Source: Macrostomum lignano (taxonomy: Eukaryota). From it: a stretch of 64,000 nt of DNA. Shown here piece after piece: positions 10,356-22,900 of the stretch; position 1 is the stretch's first letter; every line of letters starts with the position of its first letter. Where the stretch lies: NCBI GenBank assembly GCA_002269645.1, contig NIVC01000031.1, positions 1,364,001 to 1,428,000 on the forward strand, written 5' to 3'. Under the pieces are notes generated by a model, which worked only from the letters and a program-made list of their open reading frames with translations, did no database searches and was not told the origin of the DNA. The translations under genes were made by a program, and so were the position numbers.

Positions 10356-13144
10356 ATGTCCGGCGTGAAGGTTGTTATCTGCGGCGGCGGGAACGGTGCC
10401 CACGTGGCCGCGGGTTTGGCTGCGTTGAATGGCGCCGATGTGCGAATGATGTCCACCTTCAGTGACGAGGCCGAGCGTATTAGCGCCGCTCTGGCTGCTA
10501 ATAACGGCTTACTGAGGGTGACTTACACCGATGCCGGAACTACTAAGGAGTTGGACGCTAAGCTGAGCGTTGTTACTAAAGACCCGGCTGTGGCTGGGAA
10601 GTGAGTATTGTGGGCCCCAATTCTTTTGAGATGACGCAGGCATCTGGAATATTTTTTTATCGAAGACTTGACCATCCATATATCCATTGACCTATTTACT
10701 GACCCTTCATATATCCATTGACCCATTGCCTGTCCCAGCACATATCAATTGACCCATTGCCTGACCCAGCACATATCAATTGACCCATTGCCTGACCCAG
10801 CACATATCAATTGACCCATTGCTCCGCAGAGACGTGGACTTGATCCTCCTGGTAGTACCAGCCTTCGCCCACGCCGGCTACCTTCGCGCCCTGCTGCCCA
10901 ACATCACGCCCGGCACGGTGATCTGCGGCATGCCCGGATCTCCCGGCTTCCCATTCGAAGTTGACGGCATCCTTGGCCCGGAATTGAGCGCCCAGGTGAC
11001 CCTCATGGACTGGGCGACCCTGCCCTGGGCCTGTCGCCTGCTGGAGTTTGGCCGACACGTTGAAGTGCTTGGCACCAAGGAGTCAATGCGGGGCTCCGTG
11101 CGCCTGGGCACTGTGCCCAGCCGTGTGGATCCGGTGCCCTGCCTACAGGTCAGTGCTACTCCATTGTTCACTGGGTCAGTTGGTAGGTCAATCATATGGG
11201 TCAGTTGGTATGGGTCAATCATATGGGTCAGTTGGTATGGGTCAGTTGGTAGGTCAATCATATGGGTCAGTTGGTATGGGTCAGTTGGTAGGTCAATCAT
11301 ATGGGTCAGTTGGTATGGGTCAGTTGGTAGGTCAATCATATGGGTCAGTTGGTAGGTCAATCATATGTGTCAGTTGGTAGGTCAATCATATGTGTCAGTT
11401 GGTAGGTCAATCATATGGGTCAGTTGGTATGGGTCAGTTGGTAGGTCAATCATATGGATCAGTTGGTAGGTCAATCATATGGGTCAGTTGGTATGGGTCA
11501 ATCATATGGGTCAGTTGGTAGGTCAATCATATGGGTCAGTTGGTAGGTCAATCATATGGGTCAGTTGGTAGGTCAATCATATGGGTCAGTTGGTAGGTCA
11601 ATCGTATGGGTCAGTTGGTAGGTCAATCATATGGGTCAGTTGGTAGGTCAATCGTATGGGTCAGTTGGTAGGTCAATCATATGGGTCAGTTGGTAGGTCA
11701 ATCATATGGGTCAGTTGGTAGGTCAATCATATGGGTCAGTTGGTAGGTCAATCATATGGGTCAGTTGGTAGGTCAATCATATGGGTCAGTTGGTAGGTCA
11801 ATCATATGGGTCAGTTGGTAGGTCAATCATATGGGTCAGTTGGTAGGTCAATCATATGGGTCAGTTGGTAGGTCAATCATATGGGTCAGTTGGTAGGTCA
11901 ATCATATGGGTCAGTTGGTATGGGCCAATCATAGGTCAGTTGGTAGGTCAATATTGGTATCCATGGCTATCTACCCCCTGTCCCGCAGTCTCTACTCGGT
12001 CAGAGGCCGGTGCTGAACGCGTCGGGCCACATTTTGGGCATCACGCTGGGCTCGGTGAATCAGATTGTACATCTAGCCGTGATGTACGGCCAGTGGTACA
12101 ATTGGGACGGCAAAGGATTGCCGGAGTCGCCGCTGTTTTATCAGGGCATCAACGAGGAGACCGGCAGTCTGTTGAACTCGATGAGTGCCGAGATCTGCGC
12201 TCTGGCCAAGAAGATCAGCGATACCCAGGTAGGAATATCTGTCAGTTTAGTTATTTGCGGAATTATTTTTCTATACAAATAGGGGTGATTAATAAATTAG
12301 AAAATCAATACATATCGGCTGTAATAATTTTAAGGAAGAAAGATTTTTCCATACATATCGGATTTGTAGTCTCTAGCAAGATTTCGATAGATAATAACTG
12401 TAATAATTTTGAAGAACCATTTTCGATACATATCGGCTCGCTAGATTTTTACAGGTTTTACATATGTCAAAATTATTTGGCAAATCGATACTTTACGATA
12501 CATATCGTCATAATTATCACGGATTTGTCGCAGAAAAAACTAGCTGTTAATCTAAAAACTCAAGATTTAATGAGGTGAAGCAACAATTTAAAGATTTTTT
12601 ATACTTGATTAAATTTCGTTAAAACTATTCCAATTTACTGTAAGTAGCTTTGATAGCTTTTTTCGTTATTTTCATTAAACGAAAGCATAATGCTTGATGC
12701 GTAATTTGTACTAAAAAATTACAGGGCGTCGATCTGAAATCCGTGCTGCATATCTACGATTGGTACATGGACTGCTACGGCAAGGACATCTCGGACAAGT
12801 CCACACTAGCCACGTCCATGCGAACCAACGCCAGTTATCGCGGTCTGCGACATCCGACAGTGGTTGGCGAAGATGGACTGCACAGGCCCAACTATGGCTA
12901 TCGCTACATGACCGAGGATGTACCGTTCGGCCTGGTCATCACCAAAGGCATCGCCGAGATCTTCCAGCTGCCCACGCCTAATATTGACCGAGTGCTGGCC
13001 TGGTCGCAGAAACAGATGGGCAAGGAGTTCGTCCGGGAGTCGGCCGGAGGTCGGGTTTGCGGCAGCGACATCGGCATGACCAGAGCGCCACAGAGGTACG
13101 GACTGACAACTGTGGAACAGGTGCTGGGAGTGCCGAAGCAGTGA
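10356..13144 (+). CDS. Opine dehydrogenase (octopine/tauropine/strombine dehydrogenase family, NAD-dependent), 407 aa; exons 10356-10600, 10830-11148, 11989-12228, 12725-13144
   Basis: Rossmann motif VVICGGGNGAH, then VPAFAH, TLPWACR, EVLGTK, WDGKGLPESPLFYQGI, YRYMTEDVPFG and TRAPQRYG, all characteristic of molluscan-type octopine dehydrogenases. Exons join in frame (1224 nt). Substrate specificity cannot be assigned. Confidence 0.93.
10665..10822. repeat. About 31-bp tandem repeat in opine dehydrogenase intron 1
   Basis: Unit CAGCACATATCAATTGACCCATTGCCTGACC, three good copies plus degenerate ones. Confidence 0.85.
11172..11955. repeat. 25-bp minisatellite in opine dehydrogenase intron 2
   Basis: Unit GGTCAATCATATGGGTCAGTTGGTA, about 30 copies. 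Confidence 0.95.
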
Positions 13145-13239
13145 TGAGCCGAGTCGCTAAAGCTGGTGACTATTTTCGACTGGTATTATTAGAGTGAAAC
13201 CTATGTATGGCGTGACAATTTTACTGGGTGACAAATCTA

Positions 13240-13620
13240 TGTAGTGACACTGAGAGTAACTTTCACAGTGATACTGAGAGTGACTTTTATAGAGTGACAC
13301 TGAGAGCGACTCTTAGTGTCAGTGACTTTTACGGAGTGACACTGAGAGTGATTTTTACGGAGTGACACTGAGAGTGACTTTTACGGAGTGAGCGACACAG
13401 AGTGACTTTTATAGAGTGACACTGTGAGTGACTTTTACGGAGTGACACTGAGAGTGACTTACAGTGACACTGAGAGTGACTTCTGCGGAGTGACACTGAG
13501 AAATACTTCTACGGAGTGACCACTCTATTGAGTGACACTTAGTGACAGCGTAAAATTTCGTGATTTTTTCAAGGAGTGACATTGAGAGTGACCATTCTAT
13601 GGAGTGAAACTTGATTGAAG
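13240..13620. repeat. 26-bp minisatellite downstream of the opine dehydrogenase stop
   Basis: Unit GAGTGACACTGAGAGTGACTTTTACG, degenerate at the edges. Confidence 0.85.
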
Positions 13621-16184
13621 GGATTTTTAAAGGATTGACCGATCTCATTGATTCGATTAATTTTATCTTTATCATTTTTTACTAAAAATGTATCGAGTGA
13701 ATTTTTAGGCTTGATTAACTTTTATAGCAACATTTGATGGTTGAAGCATTAAAAGTTTTTTATGGAATTTTTATCGGGTTTGTTGGTTTTTTGTAGCAGC
13801 CATGCCATTTATTGGCCAGTATTAGCTAGATAGCTTTCATTTTAAGTTTTAATCGCTTAATGTAGAGCTTAGGTATCTAGTAGTCTCTGTTCTTACCTGC
13901 CACTGCCAGTTGAATAGATCAATTAATCCATTGCTTTATTTAGTCGCTAAAATTAGAATTTTCCTTTTGCTGTTTATCCAAAATATTTTTTCGTTCTTCC
14001 CTTTCTCTAAATTTAAAAACAATTTTAAGCTACTTTAAGTAACTGATAGTATTTTACTGCCAAATTCTAACTGCTTATATATAAAGTTTTGTTCGCGTCG
14101 CTGATGATTAATTGAATATTTTCTAATTGCTTCTTTTAAATATCGTGTCTTAATTCACACCTATATAGATTTCATCAATGTACTTTAGCTATCCTGTTTA
14201 TGACTGAGTGCCTGTCGTTTTTATTTTTTAAGCATCCACTACTGCCACTGCTGCTGTGCCCTTCTCGGCTCCGATTTTATCCCAAAACGCACCTTTATTT
14301 AATTTGCTGCTTCATATTTTTCCTACATGAATTCAATTTTGTAGATTAGCTAGCTATATAAAATTTCGAGATTTAATGCATCAATAATAATAATTACTTT
14401 TTACCACGATTTTTTGCTTAGCTAAAAATAACAGACTTCCCTATAGCAAAAATCTCAAAAAATATTATTAAGAATTTTTAGGTCTTTCTTTGCATTTACT
14501 ATGAAAATTATACCACAGGCACGCAGACAAACTACTGACTTCATGACAGTAGTATAAACAGTTTTGTACATAACCCTTGGCAATCTAGATGCATGCATGC
14601 AACGTATTTTTCGAAACATATCGGCGAACAGGCTAACGTTTTATTAGCAAATTTCAAGACTGTACGTTTGAAATTCAAAACTACAGTTATTAATAGCATT
14701 AAGTGATAAAAATAACTGAACGAAAAGTAATAACACACAACTGACTGAGATAAAGTGCCAGACGCGCCCGAAATTTCCATTAATTTTTTATCACTGCACT
14801 GGAAATCAACTGTTTCGGAAAATAATACCAGTTACACGCGCATAAGCTACTTAAGTTGACAGTAGCATGTTGTTATATTTATAACGGAAAGTTCTTTAGC
14901 GTACAGTAAGTGTTGAGGCCTGCAGTTAGTTACTAAAAGTAATATATCAGGATAACGTATTGCCAATACAGTTGGGAACATAAAAGGACACAACAAGAAG
15001 AAAAACAATTGCATCCATCACAACGCATTGAATTCGATTGTGCTAAAAAACAGACATAGAAAGCTATTATTACACACAGAAAAGCCGACTCCTTACTTTT
15101 GGCACACAAGAAGACTATATATTAATATTTATACTACTGCAAGTAATAGCATATGCAAACAAATAGATACCAAGCAAGAAAATCTTCAACCTATTAACTT
15201 CTGTTAAAGCATTTTATCTATGCAGGCAAAAGAAGTAATCTGCAGTACATGAACGTATAATGTGACGAATTACATCACTGTAAGATAACTGAATAGTGGT
15301 TGAGGACAGCCGGAAATTGAAGCGCACCACAATGCTGCTTATTCTGCATCTCAGACTGTAGAAAAAATAAATAAACTAATTATGGAAATTGTGAAACCAA
15401 TAACACAAATTTTAATTTACTACCTTTCAAAAGACCTCAGATTTCACATTTACCACACTTAACACACCTCAGATCCCGAACTTACCGCACATAAGACCCC
15501 GTACTTGCCACACCTTAGATCCCACACATCGCACACCTGAACTCGTAGTAACCATACCTCAGTTCATGCAACGACACGAGTAAAAATATTTATCAGATTG
15601 TACACAACATTAAGAGAAAAATTTAAGAGACATTAATTAACAAAAAAGATGACATTAAACTGCAAAATCAGAATGCAAGACAAATTGAACGCGCTGGCGC
15701 AAATTCACCGAATGGAAATGAAAAAAAGTGTTAATTTTTTAAAAACGTGTCGCTTTTTAATTGACATTCAAAAGCTTAAATACTACTACTAATATTTTGA
15801 GCAGGCAGTAGTATGTTTTACGCAGGTGCACTAATAAAAGCGAAATAAATTTTGTTACCGCACAGGTATGAGCGCAGAGGACTTAAAGACAGTACGCGCT
15901 TTTACAGTGTAATAATAAACATATTTCTATTGCTAGAAAATCAGAATTGATCAATAGATCAACAATTAATATCAATTAAATTATCTCTTAAAAGCGTCTC
16001 TAAAAAGTACACACTCTCTGTGGTGCCTGTAAATTGCCAGCATCAGCTGTACAGAAGCTATAAGCCTGTGAATACCTGGCCATTGAAATAAAATCCTTGT
16101 GGTTCCGAATAAAATGGGAATAAAGAGTTTACTAATTTTATCTATTGACACGCTTGTGATTGGAAATAATATAGGATACTTTGG

Positions 16185-16850
16185 AATTCAGTGATATGGA
16201 TTGGGATTTGAGTGTTTTGGATTGGGATTTCAGTGTTATGCATTGGGATTTGAGTGTTTTGGATTGGCATTTCAGTGTTATGGATTGGGATTTGAGTGTT
16301 TTGGATTGGGATTTCAGTGCTATATATTGGGATTTGAGTGTTATGGATTGGGATTTCAGTGTTATGCATTGGGATCTGAGTGTTATGGATTGGGATTTCA
16401 GTGTTATGCATTGGCATTTGAGTGTTATGGATTGGGATTTCACTGTTACAGATTGGGATTTCACTGTTATAGATTAGGATTTTACTGTTATAGATTGGTA
16501 TTTCACTGTTATGGATTGGGATTTCACTGTTACAGATTGGGATTTCACTGTTATAGATTAGGATTTCACTGTTACAGATTAGGATTTCACTGTTACAGAT
16601 TGGGATTTCACTGTTACAGATTGGGATTTCACTGTTATAGATTAGGATTTCACTGTTACAGATTGGGATTTCACTGTTATAGATTAGGATTTCACTGTTA
16701 CAGATTGGGATTTCACTGTTATGTTATCGATTGGGAATTCAGTGTTATGCATTGGGATTTGAGTGTTATGGTTTGGGATTTCACTGTTACAGATTGGGAT
16801 TTCACTGTTATGGATTGGGAATTCAGTGTTACGTATTGGGATTTCAGGAC
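16185..16850. repeat. 21-bp minisatellite downstream of the ERO1 stop
   Basis: Unit TGGGATTTCACTGTTACAGAT and variants. It produces the 7-aa-periodic spurious ORFs in the track. Confidence 0.95.
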
Positions 16851-16911
16851 TGGGACGCCAGTAGATATATAGTTGAAACTTAACCGTCAACTAGCCAAAG
16901 CTCACAGCAAA

Positions 16912-19900
16912 TCACAGATCAACCCGAAACCCCCTGCCACTCGCAGCCCATCCGTTGCTGCTGAGCAGGCCTTTGAACTCTTCAAGCGAGTAGATGCTCT
17001 CAGACAGGCGGCCCAACGCGTTGAACAGAGTCACAATCTCGTGCCTGCGCAGGTACTGCGGCAGGTTGGGGCTGAACAGCACCTTGAGCGCGGTGCCCAA
17101 CCCGGCAGTCTGCACCTTGCCCCACAGCCGGCACTTGTCGCATCCAACGCAGTCCATAATCCGGGTGATGTTGAAGAACTTCTCCCTGATCTCCGATTTC
17201 AATCGGATCTTGTCGCGTTCGCGAAACAGCTGCGACTCGTCAAAATGATCCGGGAACTGTTCGACCTGGTCGAGAATGTCGCTCACTAGCTGGGCCACTT
17301 CAGCGTCATCAGACTCGCTGCCAGTGAAGAACTTGGCCCTCCTCAGCACCGGAGCAGCTTTAGCCAGAGCTCTCAGCTCGGCTAGGAATGTGAAATGCAG
17401 ATTCTTCAGCCTGACCGGGCCCTGGGGCTCGAACTCCGGATGGAATCGAACTAGGAATTCGGTAACATTCGGACCCCAGTTCTGGGTGCCCATCAGGCGG
17501 TCCTGAGGCCCGAGCAGCAGGTACTTGTGCGACAGGTGCGTGTTGATGCTGGTGTGCAGGCCTGAGATCAATCGGTGATAGACTCGGATCTCCAGGCACT
17601 GGCTCTGGGCTGTTAGTTTGAAAGGGGTGCGAATGCAAGTCTGCCTGAGTAACAAGCTTATGTGTATAACAAAATATACCAGACAGTTTAGCAATTAAGA
17701 ACAACGGATCACCAAACATTATTGCTGATTATTCGCGAAAGTTTATCAAGAAAATGTTCACCTACCCATGAATCTCCCTCATCTACCCCATAAACCTTCC
17801 TAATCTACCCAAGAAACTCACTAATCTACCCAAGAAACTCACTAATCTACCCAAGAAACTCACTAATCTACTGAAGAAACTCCAATCTAACCAAGAAACT
17901 CTAATCTACCCATGAATCTCCCTCATCCAACAAATAATCTCCTTCATCCATTAAAGAATCTCCCTCATCCACCAAATAATCTCCCTCCACCACCAAAGAA
18001 ACTCACTCATCTACCCATGATCTCCCTCATCTACCCCATGAATCTCCCTCATCTACCCCATGAATCTCCCTCATCTACCCCATGAATCTCCCTTATCTAC
18101 CCATGATTCTCCCTTATCTACTCCATAAAACCCCCTCATCCACCAAAGAATCTCCCTCATCTGTTGATCCCATTAGTATCCCTCATCTACCCATGAATAT
18201 CCCTCATCTATCCCTGAATCCCTGATTCCCATCAGATCCTCTGAAGTGAAAACTCAATACCATGTACCATGCTTCGACCTGTACTTGAACAAAGACGGAA
18301 CTAATTTTGTAAAAATAAGCATAATCATTTTTGTGATCAGCAATACCACTAAGGACTAACGATCATTTGAGAATAATTTCAGCGATTGTAAATTGAAACA
18401 AATAAACTGCTAAGAGTTTCTAAATTTTTATAAGAATCACCGCTAATAATTACCAGCTGTCAAAGGTACTATAAGCGTACTATAGCATTTCTTACTTACT
18501 TGAAGATATTGCATACTCTAACTCATAATTATTATTAAGAATAAAACCCAATCCAAGTTTTTTCCTAAGCATTTATATAGCAGACTTTATTTATGGCGTC
18601 ACACACCTGTTAGCGTTTATATAAATAAATGCTTTGTATTAATCGAAATATTAAAACAGTATTTTAACTTCAATTCCTTACTCATTTTCAGTGGTCTCAA
18701 AAGCTGATTAACTGAAATTGAATTAAACAAATTTTCAAAAAAAATTTTGAAATAATTCAGGATCCGGAACTTACTACTCCTTAGAAAAGCAGTTAACCCC
18801 AGAAGACAAAAAATCAATTAACCGAAACACACTCACACAACTCGGCAACAAAACTATTGGAAAACAATTATAAAAAACACGAATGGAATGTAGCTCATAG
18901 TTTCGGGTGAGGGGGGGGGTTGTAATTATAAACATATGCGCATATTTTGGTTTGGATCCAAACTGCATTTACCGTCGGCGTCCCCAGCCAGTCCTGCAAC
19001 AACACGGCGCAACCGGAATAGCATAAAATAGTCAAATATTAGTTGAAAATTCAGAGCAGTGCAATAACTGCCGTACTCATAAATTATTGCATAGGTGGTG
19101 CTTGTTCACGCGAATTGTAGGGATCAATACACACACATTGATACAACTGGGACTGGGAGGTTGGGATCTGGAAAGAGAATTTGATTAAAAAATAGGGAAG
19201 AAAAACTGGCAAGAGAATGTTAAGGGGACAAGGAGTGAGGAGAGAAAAAAGGAGTGGCTATTAGTATAACAGCGGAGGAGGGGGTAAAGCTGGGGGGAGG
19301 GTAAAGCGGGGAGAGGGTAAAGCTGGGGAGAGGGTAAAGCGGGGGAGAAGGTAAAGCTGGGGAGAGGGTAAAGCGGGGGAGAGGGTAAAGCTGGGGAGAG
19401 AGGGTAAAGCGGGGGAGAGGGTAAAGCGGGGGAGAGGGTAAAGCGGGCGAGAGGGTAAAGCGGGCGAGAGGGTAAAGCGGGGGAGGATAAAGCAGAGGAA
19501 GCTAGCATACTTTAAAGTGGGTTGGGGAGGGTGAGAAAAGAGTAGAGAATTGAAAAGCCTCACACAGGTGAGCAAACAAGTTCAACAGCAAACAAATGCG
19601 TTATCAGAGCACCATTTACAATAAACTAACCAACAGTTCTCATCTGCGCTCCGCCGGGCAGCAGGGCGCTAGCCGGATCATTGAAACAATTCTCCTCATA
19701 GATGCTGCGCCAGATTTTGTGAGCAGCCTCGCCCCTGTAACCGGTGTACCGCTCCGGATTGCGCAGCAGATCAACGTACTGCGAAGAATTGCCGATATCG
19801 TCATCCCACTCGCAGAATTGCAACAAAGAATCGTCGTGATCTGACCATTTGACAAATGCTGCCTGACTGGTTGGCGACAGAGTCTCATCCAGCTCGCCCA

Positions 19901-22900
19901 GGTTGCTGTCTGACCCAGCGGGCACCTGGTCGCCAGCTGACTGCGAGCTGTGGCAGTTAGCGGCATCATCAGACATGGATTTGACATCCCGCATCCCAGG
20001 CGGTACTTCGTCATTCTGACAGCCATCAACGTGACAATGTCGCATAGCGCAGAGCCAGTTGGCCTCCCAAAACGGACATTTGGCTTTTAAATTGACGCGA
20101 ACGTAACGAAAATAATTGCGTTTTAATAGGGCTTGTAGGCGAGGATAGAGAATGCGATTGTTGAATTCTGCTACGGATTTCAGCTCGCATGCGCAATCGT
20201 CCACGGGGCCGTTTAGCTGCATTGGGGAATTGCGGGAAGTTATAATCTCCATTTTATATAAATATAAATTATATTCATACAATTGTCAATATATAGGGTA
20301 ATAGTAGGAACATGAATTACAAAACTAATATCTAGACTCTAATGGCGCTGAAATCTAGCCTTCAATGGGGCTGAAATCTAGCCTCCAATGGCGCTCAAGT
20401 CTATCCTCCAACGGCGAAAAAATCTAGCCTTCAATGGAGCTACAATCTAGCCTCCAATGGCGCTGAAATCTAGCCTCCAATGGGGCTGAAATCTAGCCTC
20501 CAATGGCGCAATGGCGCTGAAATCTAGTCTCCAATGGGGCTGTAATCTAGCCTCCAATGGGGCTGTAATCTAGCCTCCAATGGGGCTGAAATCTAGCCTC
20601 CAATGGCGCTGAAATCTAGCCTCTAATGTCGCTGTAATCAAGCCTCTAATGGCGCTGAAATCTAGCCTCCAATGGCGCTGAAATCTAGCCTCCAATGTCG
20701 CTGTAATCTAGCCTCTATTGTCGCTGTAATCTAGCCTCTAATGGCGCTGAAATCTAGCCTCCAATGGCGCTGAAATCTAGCCTCTTATGGCACTAAAATC
20801 TACTCTCCAATGGCGCTAAAAATCTAGCCTCTAATGGCACTAAAATCTAGCCTCCAATGGCACTAAAATTTAGCTTATGGAATTATCTTTTACTGTATCA
20901 TATAGTAAGAAAATAAAGAATCATAGCAACAGTTTAAGCTGTCACCCATTAACATTTATTTATTGCGTAAGAATTGCTAAGACAACATTTATCTTAACCT
21001 TAACACCTATTAACGCTAGTACACATGCATATGGCATTAAAAATCATATGAAAATCATATCAATAAAACTATCAACACAACTATCAAATATCTGTTGCTT
21101 GAATCTACAATCTTGGGGACGTATGAATTCCAAGTTACCATATTGCCTATGTTACCTAGTTTATTTATAGCATACTTATACATATATAGTTTTATAATAA
21201 TTTTATAGTTTTATAATACTGTAGTGAGCCGCTAGTTTATGGTTAGGCGTCGCCCTTGTCAACTGTTCCCTCGCCTTCGCCCTGGGTTGCTGTCTGCCGC
21301 TGGTCAGCTTCCCACCCCCTTTTGTCTGCCTGTCCCCTTTGTTGCCCGGTTGCGTCTCTGTTCTCAGCCCTCAGCCTCTCGGCTGTGGGCTGTCTCTGTT
21401 TCGTTTCCGTCCTGTTTTCCCTGTCTTATGAGCCAGTCACATGACAGCTCTTGCGTTCTTCGAGTCCCAAAGTGCAGTAAAACATGTTTACTGCACTCGT
21501 TGGCCCTGTTTACTGGGTGAGTCACATGCTTTCAGTCTCCTCCCTTCTCTAGGGAGAGGAGTGACTCATGTTGCTAAAGATAGCAACTGAGTCACAGCTA
21601 TGTGCACTCTGCCGGGGGACCCTCAAGTGACGTCAGTTCTAAAAATAGAACGAGTCACGAGGTCTTCCGCACGCTTGTACCCTGCCTAAGACTCTCAAGT
21701 GACGTCAGTTCTAAAAATAGAATGAGTCACGAGGTCTTGTGCGTGGGTGTTTCCTGGCTATAAATAGGAGGCCTCTCCCCCTTGTTTCCGTCAAGGAGTT
21801 GTCTTCCCGAGACTGCAAGTTAAGAGCTTCCAGTTTTCTGCAATCCTGAGTTCCCAGTTTTTAAGTCTAAGGCTGAGTGTCAGCCCTTCTGTGTGCGTTA
21901 AGTTCTCTTTTAATTGGTCTGTCTGAGACTCTACTAAAGCACACCCCAAGCCTTCGAGAGGCTAACTCAGCCCTCCATGTACCAACCAAGCCCGGCAGGT
22001 GCTGCTGACGAGATGCCTTGTACGTTGAACTGCAAATCTGCACCTGGGGCTGAGTTCGTTGACTTTGTTATTTTGTTCCGACGGGAAGCTCACCTCATCA
22101 AAGGCCAAGACCTGAAAGAACTGGTGGCAGCACTACCTACGCTACTAAGAGTTTAGAAGGCTTCCGAGTGAGAAGACGGAGAGCCCAAGTCACTGCGCTG
22201 GACAGCAGGACAAACACAGGTACAACAATACCTAAAAATACTTATAACACCCACAAAATGTAAAAACCTTTAATAATTAAGTTTTAATTAATAGTTAAGA
22301 AAGCTTTAAATTTCACAAAAATTTTAGTACAAATTGGAAATCTCTTGAGCAAACTTGGTGCATTTGGTACTAAATTGGATAGTTAGATAAATATATTAAT
22401 CAACAATAATTATAGGAATTTTATTGATTTCCTTAAAATATAATTATTTGCATTTTTAGAAGTTTTGTTGTTTTAAATACAATAACTTTTAATATACCTT
22501 TTAGACTTCGGATTTGTCAAAAGTGAGTTCAAATTTGTCAGCATTTGCAAAACTGTATAGCACTTAAGGGGAAGAAAATGAGTGTCTATGGTAAATTTTT
22601 AGAAAGTGACTTCAACTTTGTCTAAGTAAGTGAAATTTGTCTGTGCAAATACAGCCTGATCAGAAAAAGTGTTTGCTTTGTCCATGGTAAGAAAAGAAGT
22701 TGTCTATGGTAAATTTAAGTAAGAAAGTAGGTGATTTTTGTCTGGAAAAGTAGCCCAATGTCTTGAAATCTTCATTTCATGCTTTGATTGTTGTCAGAGA
22801 TGCCCTACATGAGAATTTTGTCTGTGGATCACTCTGGACTCGTGCGATGTTTTCAACAAGGATGAGACTAAAGACAACTTGCAATTGAACTGGATATCAA

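Noticed and set aside
16138-16890. Periodic ORFs (e.g. GFHCYRL, KSQSITL repeats)
   Set aside because: Translations of a 21-bp minisatellite, open in several frames on both strands.
16912-16926. ERO1 C-terminus RVDL as an ER-retrieval signal
   Set aside because: It does not fit the KDEL-type consensus well enough to claim.
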